Below, piece after piece: positions 62,735 to 64,000 of a DNA stretch of 64,000 nucleotides. The translations under genes and the position numbers were made by a program. Source of the DNA: Narcine bancroftii (taxonomy: Eukaryota); NCBI RefSeq assembly GCF_036971445.1, contig NC_091472.1, positions 91,636,001 to 91,700,000 of the forward strand, in the 5' to 3' direction. Numbering within the stretch: the first letter of the stretch is position 1; each line of letters opens with the position of its first letter. The notes under the pieces were generated by a model. The model searched no databases. It was given only the letters and a program-made list of their open reading frames with translations, and was not told where the DNA came from.

Positions 62735-64000
62735 GTGGGCTTAGTGTTTTTTATAAAGGAGGAATGATGTTGGTAAATCAATTGGTATATCTCCAATTTT
62801 TCAGATAGGTCTTGGAAGTTTTTAAAGCTACTGTGAAGGTTAATTATGTAGTAGGATTGTAGTCTGATGAACTGGGTAATAATTAAGAAATAGTTGATAT
62901 CAGAAAAAATTCTCATGCCTCACTGATGATGTTGTGAAAGATTTCTTCCCTATATCTGTACATCTCATGGATGTTGATTCAGTTTGTACCTTCATATTGT
63001 TTTAAAAAGGTGAGTTTATGCAAAATTTCTATCCCTGTTGACTCCATTATTACATATGTTATTGTAAAGGCTTATCTCCCTTAACATTTTGGAAATATAT
63101 TGAAAAAGATTTGAATAGTGTTTAACTGTTGTCTTAGATCAATTTAAGTCCAAAGTAAGAAGTTTTGTCTTGGAAGATTCTTATTATAAATGATCAGTGA
63201 TGTATATCAAAAAAAGATGTGAGCGCAGTTTTAAACCTTAATCACCTATTTTGCCACTTTTACTTAATTGAAAAGAAAAAAAAAGTGCAGAACTCTTCTG
63301 TTAATATTTTATTTCTCTTTCTGTTATCTTTCTTTTCCCGTCTCTGAAAACATTGGCCCAGAAACTGGACCTTGATCTTATTAAGTGACAACATAGAAGG
63401 CATAGTTGGGCCCATATTTGGAGATTATCATTCCTTTCCCCAAATAATGTGTATTAGATAATTTTGCTAAGTGTTATTGATCATTTATTAAATAGGTGTA
63501 GGCTCTTTGTGTACTTTTAGAACCTCTCTGAAATTAGGAAACACATCAATCCTGGGTTTGCTTCACTTTGGAATCCTAGTCAAGCAACTACCACCAAAAA
63601 ATACATTTTAGAATACTCCTTTTGAATTAGGAGTAACAGGAATATTCCCACTAACTTTTCTTCCATGCTGGGAATGAACTTTGTCCCAGTAGGATCACTG
63701 ATCAAAATAAAACAGGCAAACTGCCTTTGGCGAAATGGCGGGTTTCTCTTCGTTCTGACCAAATGGTGTGTTACTGTTTTCTATGTCATTGTTTTCTCTT
63801 AGGATTGGGGTGTGGTTCCATAAAATCTGGTGATTAAAGTTCATGTGTGAGTTGCCAACAGGCTGTATTTTTAAGTGGGAAACATTGAGGAAGTAAATCC
63901 TGTGCTCACCTGATTTCCACGCTCAGTCAATAAATAGAACAGTAATCCTGTTTGTTTGGCTCCTGAAACTCAGTGCAATGCTCAGTTATAATAGCTTTTA

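Overview
Eukaryotic, repeat-rich vertebrate DNA; the repeat repertoire (CR1 with SGNH-esterase ORF1, V-SINE/HE1-like SINEs, Penelope/Neptune-like GIY-YIG elements, Rex1/Babar) points to a cartilaginous fish (inference). Host genes, assembled by hand from GT-AG exons: a complete 4-exon ovol2 on the minus strand (24211..16570, 261 aa); divergently, a complete 2-exon pet117 (51711..53829, 86 aa, missed by the ORF track); and, 179 nt after the pet117 stop, the first four coding exons of kat14/csrp2bp (54009..62734, continuing beyond the window). This is the OVOL2-PET117-KAT14 order known from human chr20p11. The rest is nested mobile DNA: a full-length defective Ty3/Gypsy element (5-bp TSD), a decayed full-length L1, a CR1, five near-identical young RTE copies, hAT, Tc1 and pogo-like DNA transposons, four solo LTRs and Penelope fragments. 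Most notable: (1) the Gypsy has no tRNA-type PBS but a perfect 14-nt complement to its own LTR over the AATAAA, suggesting self-priming and/or poly(A) masking; (2) a pet117-kat14 layout compatible with a bicistronic mRNA; (3) a hAT carrying a promoter, CpG-rich exon and splice donor; (4) a candidate tRNA-Thr-headed SINE; (5) hammerhead-like cores in Penelope repeats; (6) unusual 23-nt RTE 5' junction rearrangements. All family calls come from motif recognition, not database searches.
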